The notes under the pieces were generated by a model, which was given only the letters and a program-made list of their open reading frames with translations, ran no database searches and had not been told where the DNA came from. Positions 1 to 13,034 of a DNA stretch of 64,000 nt are shown piece by piece; the stretch's first letter is position 1; the number at the start of each line of letters is the position of its first letter. A program made the position numbers and the translations under genes. The DNA comes from Yuukianura sp. NJ FZ-2021 (lineage: Eukaryota): assembly GCA_046563655.1 (NCBI GenBank), contig CM102290.1:11904001-11968000 (forward strand), in the 5' to 3' direction.

Positions 1-487
1 TTTTAAGAAAGCGGCTTCCGGAATAGATTTTTTAAACCACAATTTCGTTATCAAACACCTCATTAAAGCGCGGTTTAGACTCAAGAAAACTGAAAACATA
101 ACTCCGGTTAACTTTCACCAATTTCCGGATTTTCTTTTTTAAAAAGCTATCAAAAAGTGGCGTCCAGGTCCCAGCAATAAAGCACGAATGCAATTATAAG
201 GAACGGAAATTTAAAATTTTACAAATTTTTTGGTCGCATATTGGTTTGGGCCGAACGGAACATGAATTTCTTTACTTATTTGAACATCCGATCCAAGAAG
301 TAGAAGTTGTTCAACTTCTTGGTTTACAGTAGAACTTTAACTTTAAAAAAATTAAATTAAAAACTTTATTTAAAAACTTTATTTTTTTAAACGAAAGACG
401 AAAACGCAAGTTCACAATCAATTAATGGATTATCCAAGGATATTCCAGTTTTAACTGAATGCAGCAAAGATGAACAGAATTGCGTTA

Positions 488-1924
488 CTAATCTTCCGAT
501 TCTCCTTCTTCCGGAGACTCTTCTGAGAGCTCTTCGTATTTGTCCTTGGTAGGGACAGAAGGAGACGAAGTGCTCGCTAGGTCATTAGTACTGTTAGTAA
601 ATGGAATAGTGGGACTTGCCATTAATGTTTCGTCGGGTTGGTGCTGCTGGACGGTCACTGGAGACCCTGATGACGATGGTGGTTCCAGCGTGAGTGGCGG
701 AAACTGTTCCTTTTCCAGTGGAAACGCATCAGACTCCATCATTACTATATCACCCAACGGAGAACTTTCCCACAGCTTGCTATCTTCTTCTTCGATTCCA
801 GCTTTGAGAGAGGTGATAGCAAAGGTCAAGGAATTCACTTGTCGCTCACGGTTCTCCACTGCAGCAATCAAGTCTTTCCGCAACTCCTGAAAATGAAAAC
901 AAAATCAAAAAGTTTTAGTAGGGGAGGCTTATGTACAAATAACAAAATTTTTGTTAATTTCAATAAGAGCTTCTAAGGAAGATAAGCTCTGGAGCAAAAA
1001 CGCAAAACATAATACAATCCATGATCAGTTCCAGCAAATATCCAGCATATCGCACCATAAAACTCTTCAAGAGCCACACATAAAAGTCAAATCTGAGAGA
1101 AACTGAGCTCGCGTAAAGCTCAGTCAAGGTGAAAGCTAGTAATTTCTTTTTCAGATTAGTAATCTGTCTTCAGTCTTCATCTTTGAAATGCTTAGGTTGG
1201 GTATGATATGTATTCAATTACCGTGTAATTTTTCAAAGTTTCCTCCAGTTCCTTTCGTCGTATTTCCGTTGCCTTTCGATCCGGTTTGCTTTCAATTAGT
1301 TTGGAAAGTGCTTCATATTCTAGACTATGTTTCCGGTGCTTGGTCTCTTCCTCTATGACGCGCTTGGCATCCACAATTGCCCCTTTCGTCTTTTCACTTT
1401 CTTCGTGAATTGCAGTTTGGAGGGTACTGTAGACGTTTTTAGAGTCTTCATTCATCAGTATTGATGCATGTGTTCTCTTAGCAGTGTACTCAAGCTGTTG
1501 GATCTGTTGCATGATTCGACGGAAGGCCAGGTCACTGTTAAGCAATTAGTAAAAACATGAATTTTTGGGTAAAACATTTTCAGAATACGACGCTAACGTA
1601 GGATATAAAAAGCTAGTTTGGCCGCATACTCTTCAGTTGGGTTAAATTCTTCGGAAGAACAGAGTGACAGGATGGCTTTGAGGCAGGATTGGATCCGCCG
1701 ATCGTCACCACTGCCATCCCCGTCAGCGACCAACCGCCGTCGGATGACTTCATCTGAAACAGTAATAACGAATCAAGTTTAATCAATCAACACATGGTCA
1801 TTATGTTACTGGGAACGTTGCTTATTTATCAATTACCCTGCGTTAAAGTTTCGGACTTGGAGGTAGTAATAGCCGAATTTCCCTTAGTTGAATCCTTTTC
1901 CTTAGTTGACCTGTTATGATCCAT
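488..1924 (-). CDS. THOC7: THO complex subunit 7 homolog with a Ser/acidic C-terminal extension (4 exons)
   Basis: ATG at 1924; exon 1 ends 1837. Exon 2 from 1753 reads DEVIRRRLVADGDGSGDDRRI, the THOC7 N-terminal signature. Then coiled-coil exons (…EYEALSKLIESKPDRKAT…; …RERQVNSLTFAITSL…), stop at 488-490. Confidence 0.85.
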
Positions 1925-4199
1925 CTTGGTTCGTTAAACGATTAGTACTTGCAAGTATCGTTGTCCAAAATTATCGTGCCTGAGAGAGTAAATCTAAGAA
2001 ATTGAAATTGAATGAAATTCATCAAGGAAATTCATGGACTTTTTTTCAAAAGAATTTTACAAAAATATTTTTGGCGGGTAACTGCCAAGATGCAAGTTTT
2101 GCGCTTTTTTGGTTTTCCTTTTGTTGAGACACAATAATTGCAAAATACATTTCCTTCATTTTGTAAAATGCAATTGGTTAAGTGAAGTCGGTAATTAATT
2201 AGCGCCTGTTTTAGTAAAGATTAACTAAATAATCGCTTCTTGGTACCCTTCCCACCGGACATCATTTCACAGAAGTGTTTCTACTATAATCTCAAATTTT
2301 TCAATACTCCTTTCAACCCACATTTTCTGGGTGTAAGTGTGGTTTATTAATAAAAGTAATAAAAAAAATAATCGCTCAATATATTATATGTTATACTCTT
2401 AATTGTTATTTTGTATACTTATTTTTGAAGAAGTAAATACTAGGTTTTGTAAAATTGACTAGTAATTACTAAATAAACACTTAGTGTAGTATTATATGTG
2501 ATAGTATATGTAATACTAATACTGGATTCTATGTTATAAAATTAATTAGGTTATAAAATATACATATTAAGTATTTTTGATCAAAGTAATTATTATTTTG
2601 AAATTGCCATTGGGCAAAATAACGAGTGGCACTTTTGTTCAACTTGTTTACATATGCAGATGTATAACTCAGCTGATCATTGTAAAGGAATAATTTTTTA
2701 TTTATTTCTGCGAAATATTCTTTAGTGTACCTTTGTTTGGGTTCATCATGTCATGTGTCGTGTCGTGGGAGGATTGCATATTGCGTTATTGGAAAAAGTA
2801 AATTACTAATTTACTCAGCTGATTTCTGATTTTCAATACTAAATGTAGGATAATCGTCATTTCACTTCAGGTAAGTACCTTTCCTTAATGTAATTTCAAT
2901 GCACAACATCCTACATTCAATGCAACCCGTTAATGGTGACTAAAATATTGTTTTCCTTTTAGACAATGGCTCTCAAACGCGATTTTTAAAGCGACAGCAA
3001 CTTAAAGGACTGAAAACTCTTCACGAATTGAATGCTAAGTCGCGTGTATTATTTGAACAAACAAACGGTAATTGGTAATTGCCTGATGTGGCCTGTATGA
3101 ATCCAATATGTTTAATTTAACATATTATCGTGTGCTTCACTTTTAAAGGAATTCGACCCTCTAGTGAGTTCAGGTGAGGAGTTAATAACCGCTTAATACC
3201 AATGACTAATGGTCCAATGCGAAACGTTGAAGTCATTTCATTGGTTAAAGTCATAGATGTGGGACAAGAACACGGTCAGGGAGGTTTAGATAAACGAGGA
3301 TTGATTTTACAATTATCAATCATGATGTCATAATAACAGTTGACACAAACAATGTTACAGGCATTATCTAGAAGTTTTAAATTGTTCATTCAGTTTTTTA
3401 GGAGTCCAGAGGACTTATCATGAGTAATGAGCTATTACTATTTGCTAAGGGCCGTAACGTCGAAATTCTGCGTGGAATGGAAAAGTAGTAAGATTGTTTA
3501 CTTAGGTGGTCTACGGATTTTTTTCCTCTTGAAAATCTTATCACCTTCCGTAAATTCCTCCAGTAAAGTAGTCCTAATAATAACAGTTAATCCTAAGTAC
3601 TATCCACTCAAATCCTTAGCTAAAAATCCCTCCCCACGAGTCAGTTCCATTTATTTTGAACTCTGAACTCTCTACTTTACAATCATCTGTATTCTCCTAA
3701 CAAAACATTCTTAAAGCGATTCGTCATCTTCTCTTTCCATTCCAATACAAATTCCAATGTACTTTAGGAAAGAACTTGGTCATAGTTCGTTTCAATTTCA
3801 GTCAAAGAAGGCTAACTTCAAGTGTTTGTCTTGTATAGTGAACCAATTACTAATTGAGTTGTGACGTTGTTTAAATTTTCAGAGTCTCCTGGTCCTGATT
3901 GAATGGAGATTTTGACGTCTTGTAAAAACACGAAGCAATTCATTTCTACCTCTCTGACGAAAATTGAGCAATACATTCTCTATCAATTTGACAACCAAGT
4001 GACACCCCCGTACAAAGTAATCCATTTCTTCTGGAAGTGGAAGACAAGGCATTAGTGCAGCAATTGACTTGACAGGTAATTTTCTGTACCAACTGTTAAT
4101 TTAATTCATAATTTGATTCTTGCATGATTAACATTTTTTTATCTAGGAGCTTCCCAGCTTGCCTTTATTGACGACCAGGACTTTCTGCAACAATAGAGC

Positions 4200-7100
4200 A
4201 TGCATCCGGGCTGGGTAGCTCAAGCGCATGCTCAAGCTCAATCAGGAACAGGTTTGAATGGAGAGCAACGAAGGAGACGTATGTTGACATCAATTGAAGC
4301 CGGCGACATAAACCTTGACCCACCGTCGCCAGCCGTCGCCACTCAGCCGACTCGGGAAAACATGTCCATCAATAAGGATGAATCAGATGAAGAAATTGCG
4401 CCAGCAAGAGACCATGGAGTCGCTGATACCAGCGATGAAGGTACTCGTCATTTCCAATTGCTTTTTCACGCGGCTTGATCTCCGATTTTTGGTTGTACAA
4501 AATTAGGTAACACTTCTCACATGGTCAGCAGTCAGATATGCAAAAAATTATTTTTGTCATATGATGAATACTTTGCTGATGACAGTTTTGACAGTTATGG
4601 AAATAGTAGATGACTTCATAAAGAGGAGTTTTGCTTACGAAGGGAAAGATGTGATTTACATCTTCTCCTTGTCAGTCACTTTGGTTGATAATTTGTTTGG
4701 AGATACACATTACGTTTACATGTGTACATGTAAAAATCAAATGATGCTCAACCTTGTCCATGACTAGATAATCAAACTTACACGAAAAGAAAAAAAAAGG
4801 ACTTTTTCTTTACATTTTCTTTAGTCTGTCCACCCTAAGCAGTTTTAATGTAAATATAACAAAATTAATGCAGTTAGTTTTTAGTTCAGCAGATTTATCG
4901 ATAACCAACTAACCAACACATGGATTCCGTAGACGAGTTGATTAATTTTAGGCCAAATAGGAGTAATTTAGTCACTTAACTTAGGGTAATTGAGTAATTA
5001 GGTGCTAATTTGAAAAATCAGTGACCTCTTTATATTGTATTAGAAATGGAATCTATCCATCCCACCTACGGAAGTGTCAACTTGAGTACCTGTTGTCCAG
5101 TGGATATCAGTGGAAGACGAACGAGTATTATTTCAAATGCATCCCACATCAGTGTAACTGACCCAACTGCTGAAGAGGCTCTACTTACAGAACGAATGCG
5201 GACAAGACTCCGCTACTACTTCATGAATCCACTGGAAAAGTGGGAAACTCGGAGACAGTTTCCCTACAAGCTGACTCTACAACTTATCAAGATTTTTTTC
5301 GTAACTCTACAGGTAAAGTCACAACAATCAGTTGTTCCATACATGATTAGTGGCATAGTTTTTGTTTTCATAGTTTTTCTTGAACTTGTTTCAGCTCATT
5401 CTGTTTGGTGCTTACCGATACGCCAGCGTCAACTACACCTACGACAACCGAATTACTTTTTCTCATTTGTTCATCAAGGACTGGGACTCTGGCAGAGAAA
5501 TTACGTCGTACCCGCCCAATACTGGACCGTTGGCAGTCTACAAAAAAGAAAGCTTTTACGAATACTTGGATCACGCAGTCAATGCCGTAAGTTACTAAAA
5601 CGGGCAATCTTGACATCTACTACAATGACATCGGAAGTTGAATAGCTTTTTGTTTGGATTTGGTTTAGTATTTGACCGTGGCAAGCACCTCCATTGGTCC
5701 ATACCATTACCACAAGCACAAAAACGGAACGATTTTTCCAATTCATGTGATGCTGGAGGAGTACCGAGTCGCATCTATTGCTCCAGGGAATGAAACGTTT
5801 GCGTTTGACACTACCATAGTACAACGGACTATTGACATACCATATGAACCTGTGGATCACTTTTCAGCTGAGAAGTACTTCAAAGCAAACAATTTTAGTA
5901 TTAACTTTGTCACTCTTCTGGAATTCAACCTCAACTTCAGTCTCCGTACAATAAGGTTCAGAGATTTGGGACCTCTGAAGTCCCCGGATTGCTTTTCGTT
6001 TGAAGTGCTGGTAAGTACTGGAAAATACTTTGTGCTCAAAGATGGTTTTTTCTTCATTTCTTTTTGTTTGGTTTTGTTTAGCTCAGTTTTTCAAATCTGG
6101 ACCACGATGGGCAGGTGCTGATTAATCTTGACTCTACCCCAGTGAAATTTCTGTGCAAAGGTCACACTACTTTTAATGGTAAGTTGATTGGCGTAAGCAC
6201 ATAGAATACAGGTTAAGTTATAAAAAAGAAGTTTCGTAATTTTTTAATATTTTTTTTATTTGTTTATACCTAGTGAACCAAGCAGAGAAGATTGGTCGAA
6301 GCGTGATGAATTACTCTGTGATTTTTATTTGTGCACTTTCTCTATTTCTTTGCTGTAGAGCGATTTATCGTGCTCAACAACTAAAGGCTGTACGTAAACT
6401 AGAACCAACTTGATGCAATATTCGTTTATGATTTAGTGTGAAATAGCATTGAGTAAATTTTTTTTTAGGAAGCGGTCTTGTTTTTTCGAAAGTACTTCAA
6501 TAACGAAATGACAATCCATGAACGACTAAACTTCCTCAACGGTTGGTACATCCTCATCATTTTCAATGATATTCTCATCATCATTGGATCAGCCGTCAAA
6601 GAACAAATTGAAAACAAGGTACGTCAAAAACGGAAATGTTAAATTCAAACCTACACGATTTGTAACTGAACCGAGTTATTTCTTGAGCTAGTGTGATGAT
6701 GGTTTTGTTTTAACAGGAATTGCAATCAGATGCTTTTAATGTGTGCAGTACTTGTCTGGGTATTGGGAATCTGCTGGTTTGGTTCGGTGTTTTGAGATAT
6801 TTGGGCTTCTTCAGAACTTACAACGTTCTTATTCTGACGTTGAAGAGAGCGTCTCCCAATGTACTTCGGTTCCTGATCTGCGCCATGCTTATTTACGCGG
6901 GATTCACGTTCTGCGGGTGGCTTATCCTTGGTCCATACCATATGAAGGTAAGCTACATTAAAAACTTTAGAAAATTCAAAAAATGAATTTGGTGTGATTT
7001 TTATTTTGTTATTTTTGGTTTCAGTTCAGCTCACTCTCGTCGACATCGGAGTGTCTGTTTGCTCTGATCAACGGAGACGACATGTTTGCTACGTTCGCAG

Positions 7101-7648
7101 CGATGAACAACAAGTCGTCGTTTCTGTGGTGGTTTTGCAGACTTTACCTCTACACGTTCATCAGCCTCTTCATCTACGTCGTCCTCTCGTTGTTCATTGC
7201 CCTCATCATGGATGCCTACGAAACAATAAAATTGTTCTACACGGAGGGTTTCCCGCGATCATCACTCGAAGAGTTCATCATTGGTCCAAATGACCTCAAC
7301 TCCAGCTCCAGCTCCTCTTACTCTCCTGGAGCTCCACACAACACTACGTTTGGATCCCACAATAACACACATAATAGCTTTCAACATAGCAGTTGCATTC
7401 ACGGACAGTCTTCTGCTGGACGTAAAATCAGTGCTGGTGGAATGCTGGATACGATTCTGGAGAATATTTGTGGCTGCTCTACCCCTGTCCCACAACTAGC
7501 AAAGTAAGAAAAGCAGTATGATGAAAGTGTATTACAAATTTCGTGTCTAGGAAATCTCAGTAATGTTGTTATTTTTTGTTTCAGGGAAAGCGTTTCACGT
7601 CAAGTCAGCTTGCGGAGTGGAGAGACAGAGCCACTTGTGAACATTTGA
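4200..7648 (+). CDS. Trpml: Mucolipin / TRPML lysosomal cation channel (multi-exon)
   Basis: [72 protein letters not shown] pore; [21 protein letters not shown]. Last exon 7585-7648 ends ...GETEPLVNI*. The start may be ATG 4200 or ATG 5046. Confidence 0.95.
4896..4903. promoter_or_regulatory. DRE-like palindrome TATCGATA upstream of the internal mucolipin ATG (5046)
   Basis: Exact DREF/BEAF consensus, ~140 nt upstream of an ATG-bearing exon. A single 8-mer, so weak evidence. Confidence 0.3.
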
Positions 7649-8157
7649 CTGAAACTGGAATTTGTAAAGCGCTGTACCAATACTTTACGGAAAAAAGTCG
7701 TCGCTTCTTCAAGGTCGTTTGGATTTTATACAAGAAAGGATGAACCTGGATTTAAAATTGGGATGACACCGAATACTTTTAGCTATACACGTATTATGTT
7801 GAGTATTTTATATTACCAAAATAATATTCCTTGTGTTCATACCTGCTACCGTCTGAACCTTACCTTGTTAAGGAATTCCATAACTAATTAGTTAGGTTTA
7901 TTAGTTAGGACGGTAACACTTCAGTCTTGTTCCTCTAAAGCCTTGCGATGCTGCGCTGTAACACTCAAAACGTAACTTACTCTTCGTTTTACCATAGTAT
8001 ATAAAACGACAACCGCATTTGAATGAAAAAACTTTGGAAAGAGCAGTTTACTCTAAAACGTGTAGAACATTTCGACTTAGAATTTTGTAAAATAGAACAA
8101 TTTGTATTGTTTGATTGAGGTGTGACTTGGCATCGGAGAGTTTTAGACTTTTTGACG

Positions 8158-10308
8158 TTATTGAAACGTCGTGGAGCAAAGGAGATTCCGAAGCATGGTT
8201 GCTTCTTGTTCCATTTCCGAGTCTTCGCGCCACTCGACATTCCCTTTATCGTGAGTTGCCAACTTTTCATACACTGTGTCGTTCTTCTCAAAATCTCCTG
8301 GAGTTCGAGGAATCACATGAACATGGAAGTGCTAAAGGGAGCAAATTGTTAATTAACTTTTGGGATTAAGTATAATAAAGTTAAAGTTGTCTCACTTTGA
8401 TTGTCTGTCCAGCATCAGGACCATCCTGGGAGGCTACTGTACTGGACTGAGCTCCGTAAGCCTTTTCAACTAGTTTCTGTACTTTTTGAACCAATTGGAA
8501 GAAATCGGCAATTTCGGCTGGACTCAAGTCTTGCATTCTCTCAGCATGACGTTTGCTAATGACTAGAACATCTGAAATTGACAAACACATTTCAAAGTCA
8601 GTAGTTTAGTAATGTATTGGTGTATTTGGTGCGACTTACGGCCGGGTAAGACACATTTTTTGTTGACGAAAGCTCGAGACAGGTTGGACTCCATGAAGAC
8701 AAACTTCAACTTCAGGGAAACATGTCCGAAAGGTACAATTTCTTCATCCCGGGAACGTTCGGGAATCGATACAGGCCTCTCTGACCCAATGTAAACGTCA
8801 TCTCGTCTGCCAATATTCATGAGATATTAGAAAATCACGTTGTAATCTTAATTTTCTAAAGTAAGGTGTACCGATGATTGAAAACTTCCATCTTCTTCCG
8901 AACGTATTTTACCATCTTCAGGTCCAGCTCAATCGTAATGATGCTCTGATCGTCCGCTGCTTCGGCCATGACATGTCCCCATGGGTCAATAACCTGTGAT
9001 AATTCAAGGTAAATAATCAAAGTGCAATAATTGTGATATTTCCGCAGCATTTACTTACCATTGAGTGTCCATATGATACACGCTTCTCGTTGTGTCGGCC
9101 AACCTGAGCGGCTGCAATGACATAACACTGATTCTCGATGGCACGGGCTCGAAGAAGAGGTTCCCAATGACAACGGCCAGTTGGAATGGTGAAAGCAGCC
9201 GGAAAAGTGAGAACGTCAGCTCCAAGACTTCGCAAACATCCACTGAATTCAGGAAAACGCAAGTCGTAGCACTGCAAGAAAGATTCAAAACGTATCAAGG
9301 AACATTCAACTTGGAGTGGAAATATGATGGACTATATTTTCTACTTACAACTCCAAGTCCGATCTTTCCAACTGGAGAAACTACAGGTTTTACAATCTCA
9401 ACGCCAGGACGAATTGAATCGCTTTCCTTGATACTTGTCCCTCCAGGGCCCAGGACTTCATAAGACACATCGAAAAGATGGATTTTCTGATAGGTGGACA
9501 TGATTTCTCCTTCGTTGTTGACTAAAACATGAGTATTGGCAACCCAAGGATGATTGTCTGGACGATAAGTATCCTGAAAATAGGTGAAAAGTCACAATGA
9601 CTTATATTCGCAATGAATCCCGCGACATTAACCATGTTGAACCCACCAATCTTTGATGGAATCCACCAAGTGACAACCAGATATCGTTCCTATGTGCGAG
9701 TTGCTTTAGAGCTATCATGAATGGCCCATCGAGACGTTCCGAAAGCTGGGCAGAAGCAACCTTATCCGATGCAATGTAGTCGAAAGCCTCCGGCAAGAAT
9801 ACCATCTAAGAATGAAAAATAAAAGACATTAATCCAGGACAAGTTGTAGTAAGTACTAATTAGTAATTGCCTCCAATCCCACCTTAGAACCGCATCGGGA
9901 GGCTTGCTCGACCAGACCAGTAATGACACTCAGATTCTTCTCTTTGTCATCAGTAGACGTTAATTGACAAACAGAAATCTTGACAACTGGCGAATGATCA
10001 TAAAGAAGGCATACCTATTAATGTCATTCTCTACCAGAGTCTGTAAGAACTCGGAGAATGATGACTGTAAACCAGTGACAATGTTGATAAGGCAGTGAAA
10101 TCATACCATCCTCTGACATGGTCCTATGAGTTGAATTCGATGTGGAGTTCATGGACATGGACGACATGAAGAGAAAATGATTGTGAAAAATGGACTGTAG
10201 GAACGTTGAGGTACTTTCGAAGGAAAAAGCCCCACGAGGAAGATGACCTTGACGTAAATGCAGTTGGAGGGGGCCAGTTAAATGGAATGAGCGGAAATAT
10301 AATGACAT
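8158..10308 (-). CDS. NitFhit: Nitrilase and fragile histidine triad fusion protein (Nit1-Fhit)
   Basis: Nitrilase triad motifs VFLPE, YQKIHLFD, CYDLRFPE and ARAIENQCYV, spliced in frame to the FHIT domain: FVNKKCVLPGH, QDGPDAGQT, HFHVHVIPR (HIT motif). Stop 8158-8160. Start uncertain (ATG 10308 or downstream Mets). Confidence 0.93.
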
Positions 10309-10726
10309 TGACCAAGAAAGTGAAAACGTGCAAGTTCCGGTAATTCAATAAACAAAAATCAACTCTCAGCTGATACCGGTCACCTTGCTAACACTTTTCC
10401 CTATCTTTTCTGTATCCTCCCCGCTCTCCTCAACTCTAAAATAAACATTTCTACAGCTGATTGTGAGATTTCCTTGCGCGCATGAGCTGAGCAAGGGCTG
10501 GATTGGTTGAACCGATTGTTTCTTCTGTGACGGCTCTCTTTCTTTATTTGCCACAAACCCGATAGTTTTGAGATTTTAGGCTACATTTTCCCCACTATTT
10601 CAAGGTTCAAGGCCATGAAAAATTGGGCGTAAGAAGCCATATTAACATTATGATACATCTATTGTACTATTATTACTTATATCGTATAAAGCAAATAAAT
10701 ACCGTAAATAGAGAATACACATAAAC

Positions 10727-11872
10727 CTAGTCGTATGTGTAGGTCAACGCCTGAGCCAATCGATCTCGTGCTACTCTCAGCTTGTCCTCTTGCTTCTGTA
10801 CATCTTCATCAAGCACAGCAACAGTCTGTTCCAAAAAGAAAAAACAGTGAAATGAGAATAAGGTTTAATTCGATTGCCGTACGATAAGAAACAAAATGTT
10901 GCAATACCTGGACCAAAGGCTGATCAGGATTTATGAGGATTGTAGGGTCCAAATTTTCAGTTTCGTCTACCATCAAGTACTGGCCGGTTATTGGGAATGT
11001 GTTCATATGAAGTGAATTGGCGAGTGAGCGAAGTGCTGATCCAACTGCTTCTGACTTAACTCCGACAAGGGGTGGAGTTAAAAGATGAATCTTGCCTGGT
11101 AACTCGATTTGGTTTGTATCAGGACGGAGACCTTCTAATCGTTTATGCCATAATACCTGTACGCACAAGAAACAAAGTTGAGAAATCTGGAGAAATGGAC
11201 TGAGAACAATATTGATTACCTGCTTAGGTTTATCACGAGAGCCTTCTGTCGATTCAGACTCGGACTTGACTGGGCTTGGTGTTGTTGGTTTCGCCACGGA
11301 TACTGGTTGCTTGAATATTGAAGCAGTTTGCCGAATGGGAGCATTGAGTTCAGCATCACCAACAGAATCCACTTTCATAGTGCTGATAATGAGAGTTTTA
11401 GATAGAACAAGATCACCACAGGATAAGAGTTGTAATGGTTTAGTATTGCTTACGGTAAGTCAGGGTAAGCTTGCGGTTTGAGCTTTATCCACTTCTTTAC
11501 TTGGTCATTGACTAACCCAGTTTTGTAGTCAAAACCATCCAGATCCCAGGTTTTACCAAAGTATTTGATTAATTGAGATTTCCTTTCAAAAACTTCTCCA
11601 ACTGGACTGATGTATCTGATATCACGCATGTTCACCATCAATCCGTTCTTCCGCACCGTCACTTCTCGGACCCAGTTCCTAGGTAGGCCGTAGCATCTTT
11701 CTCGGTAAACTTCATTTGGACAACGTCTTCTCGGCGGGCATCGGAGACTATCTGGGTGCATATCCAAAGACCGTTTCCTCGAGCTCGAACTCAATTTCTC
11801 CTTTGCACTGTTGTCGACTACATCGAAACTGTGACAGTGGTTGTGGTCTCCTCCTTCAGTGATGCCTTCCAT
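10727..11872 (-). CDS. MBD2/3: Methyl-CpG-binding domain protein 2/3-like (NuRD subunit)
   Basis: MBD fold (GLPRNWVREVTVRKNG…YISPVG…FDYKTG), PIRQTASIFKQPV, KPKQVLWHKRLEGL, INPDQPL and C-terminal coiled coil DEDVQKQEDKLRVARDRLAQAL. Stop 10727-10729. Start Met approximate. Confidence 0.85.
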
Positions 11873-13034
11873 TGGTTCTTCAACACCAAACGGACACAAT
11901 GGAACGTCAATCTTGAAATGCCAAGTAACAATTGTGATAATTAGTTCCTCGCAATTCAAATGACACTTATATTTCTACTAATCAGGAACTAAAATCTTTG
12001 GAGTGAATTCTTTACTTACTTCGTAGGCTTTAAGTTGTCCTTTCCGCTTCGTCACGACACGGTCGTTAGATTAGCATTGCCTTTGCCATCCCAAAATATT
12101 GCCTGTAATTTGCAGCGATAACAAAAAATCAATCCAACTCATGCCGTCAAACATTACCCTACGCACCGTACCGTATGCACCGTAAATTAGTTCCTCCAAC
12201 CAACAGCCTTTCGAAATCAAGAACTTTATAATTGAAAATGATCTATGGAATGATTTGTGGGTAATTCATAGCAGTATCTTACAAACCTAATTAACAGATT
12301 AGATTACCTGACTGATGTGATAGATGATATTTTCTCAAAGACAGATGACTCCAAAATTCAATTAGTATTCAAATCGTTCGTAAATTCAATTTCCGAACCC
12401 CGATCTCCGATTCTTCGGGGATTTACTCGCTATTGTTTGTACATTTTTGTTGCAACAAACCAGCCCTATGAGACGGTCGAAAAAGGTGGCAGGAATTTTC
12501 AATTACGAAACTATCAATTTCAGTAGTATGACTTTTTGGTTGCGCAGCTGCGCGACACTTCATTCTCATTTAATTTCATAATTTCGGTCACCGGCGGAAA
12601 TTCTGTAACGAATCAATTAATCGGAAACAATTACTTTGTTAGTTGGTAGCTTGGTAAAGATAATTCGGGATCTGGTAACTTAATCAATTACTTTACTAAT
12701 GCAAAGTGCACGAAACACGACACTTATCTAAGAACATTGGTCAATTAATTACTTTAATCATTTTCTGTTCAAGGTTTCCGTTCGTGTCATCGTGTCTAGA
12801 TTATTGCTGCATTTACTCATTCGTGGCTTGTCGTGACCGGTATTTCACTACGAATACGAGGGCGCCGATGTGCCCCACAAGGATGCGTCAATTCATACCA
12901 CTATACGACGATTTTCAAGAGTAAAAATAAAATTAACTTTGCAGGCACTATTTTATTTAATAATTGAACAGAACTGTTCGCGTGCTTGCAAAGGAACTCG
13001 AGTTTACAAATCCTAATTTTGTTTTTTTATTAGG

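Noticed and set aside
540..890. Antisense ORFs over real exons (here and across mucolipin, MON2, RpS5 and the DOMON gene)
   Set aside because: Shadow frames of genuine coding exons
4561..4770. C/D snoRNA or ORF in the mucolipin intron (ATGATGA)
   Set aside because: No terminal CTGA or closing stem at a suitable distance, and the ORF has no recognisable features
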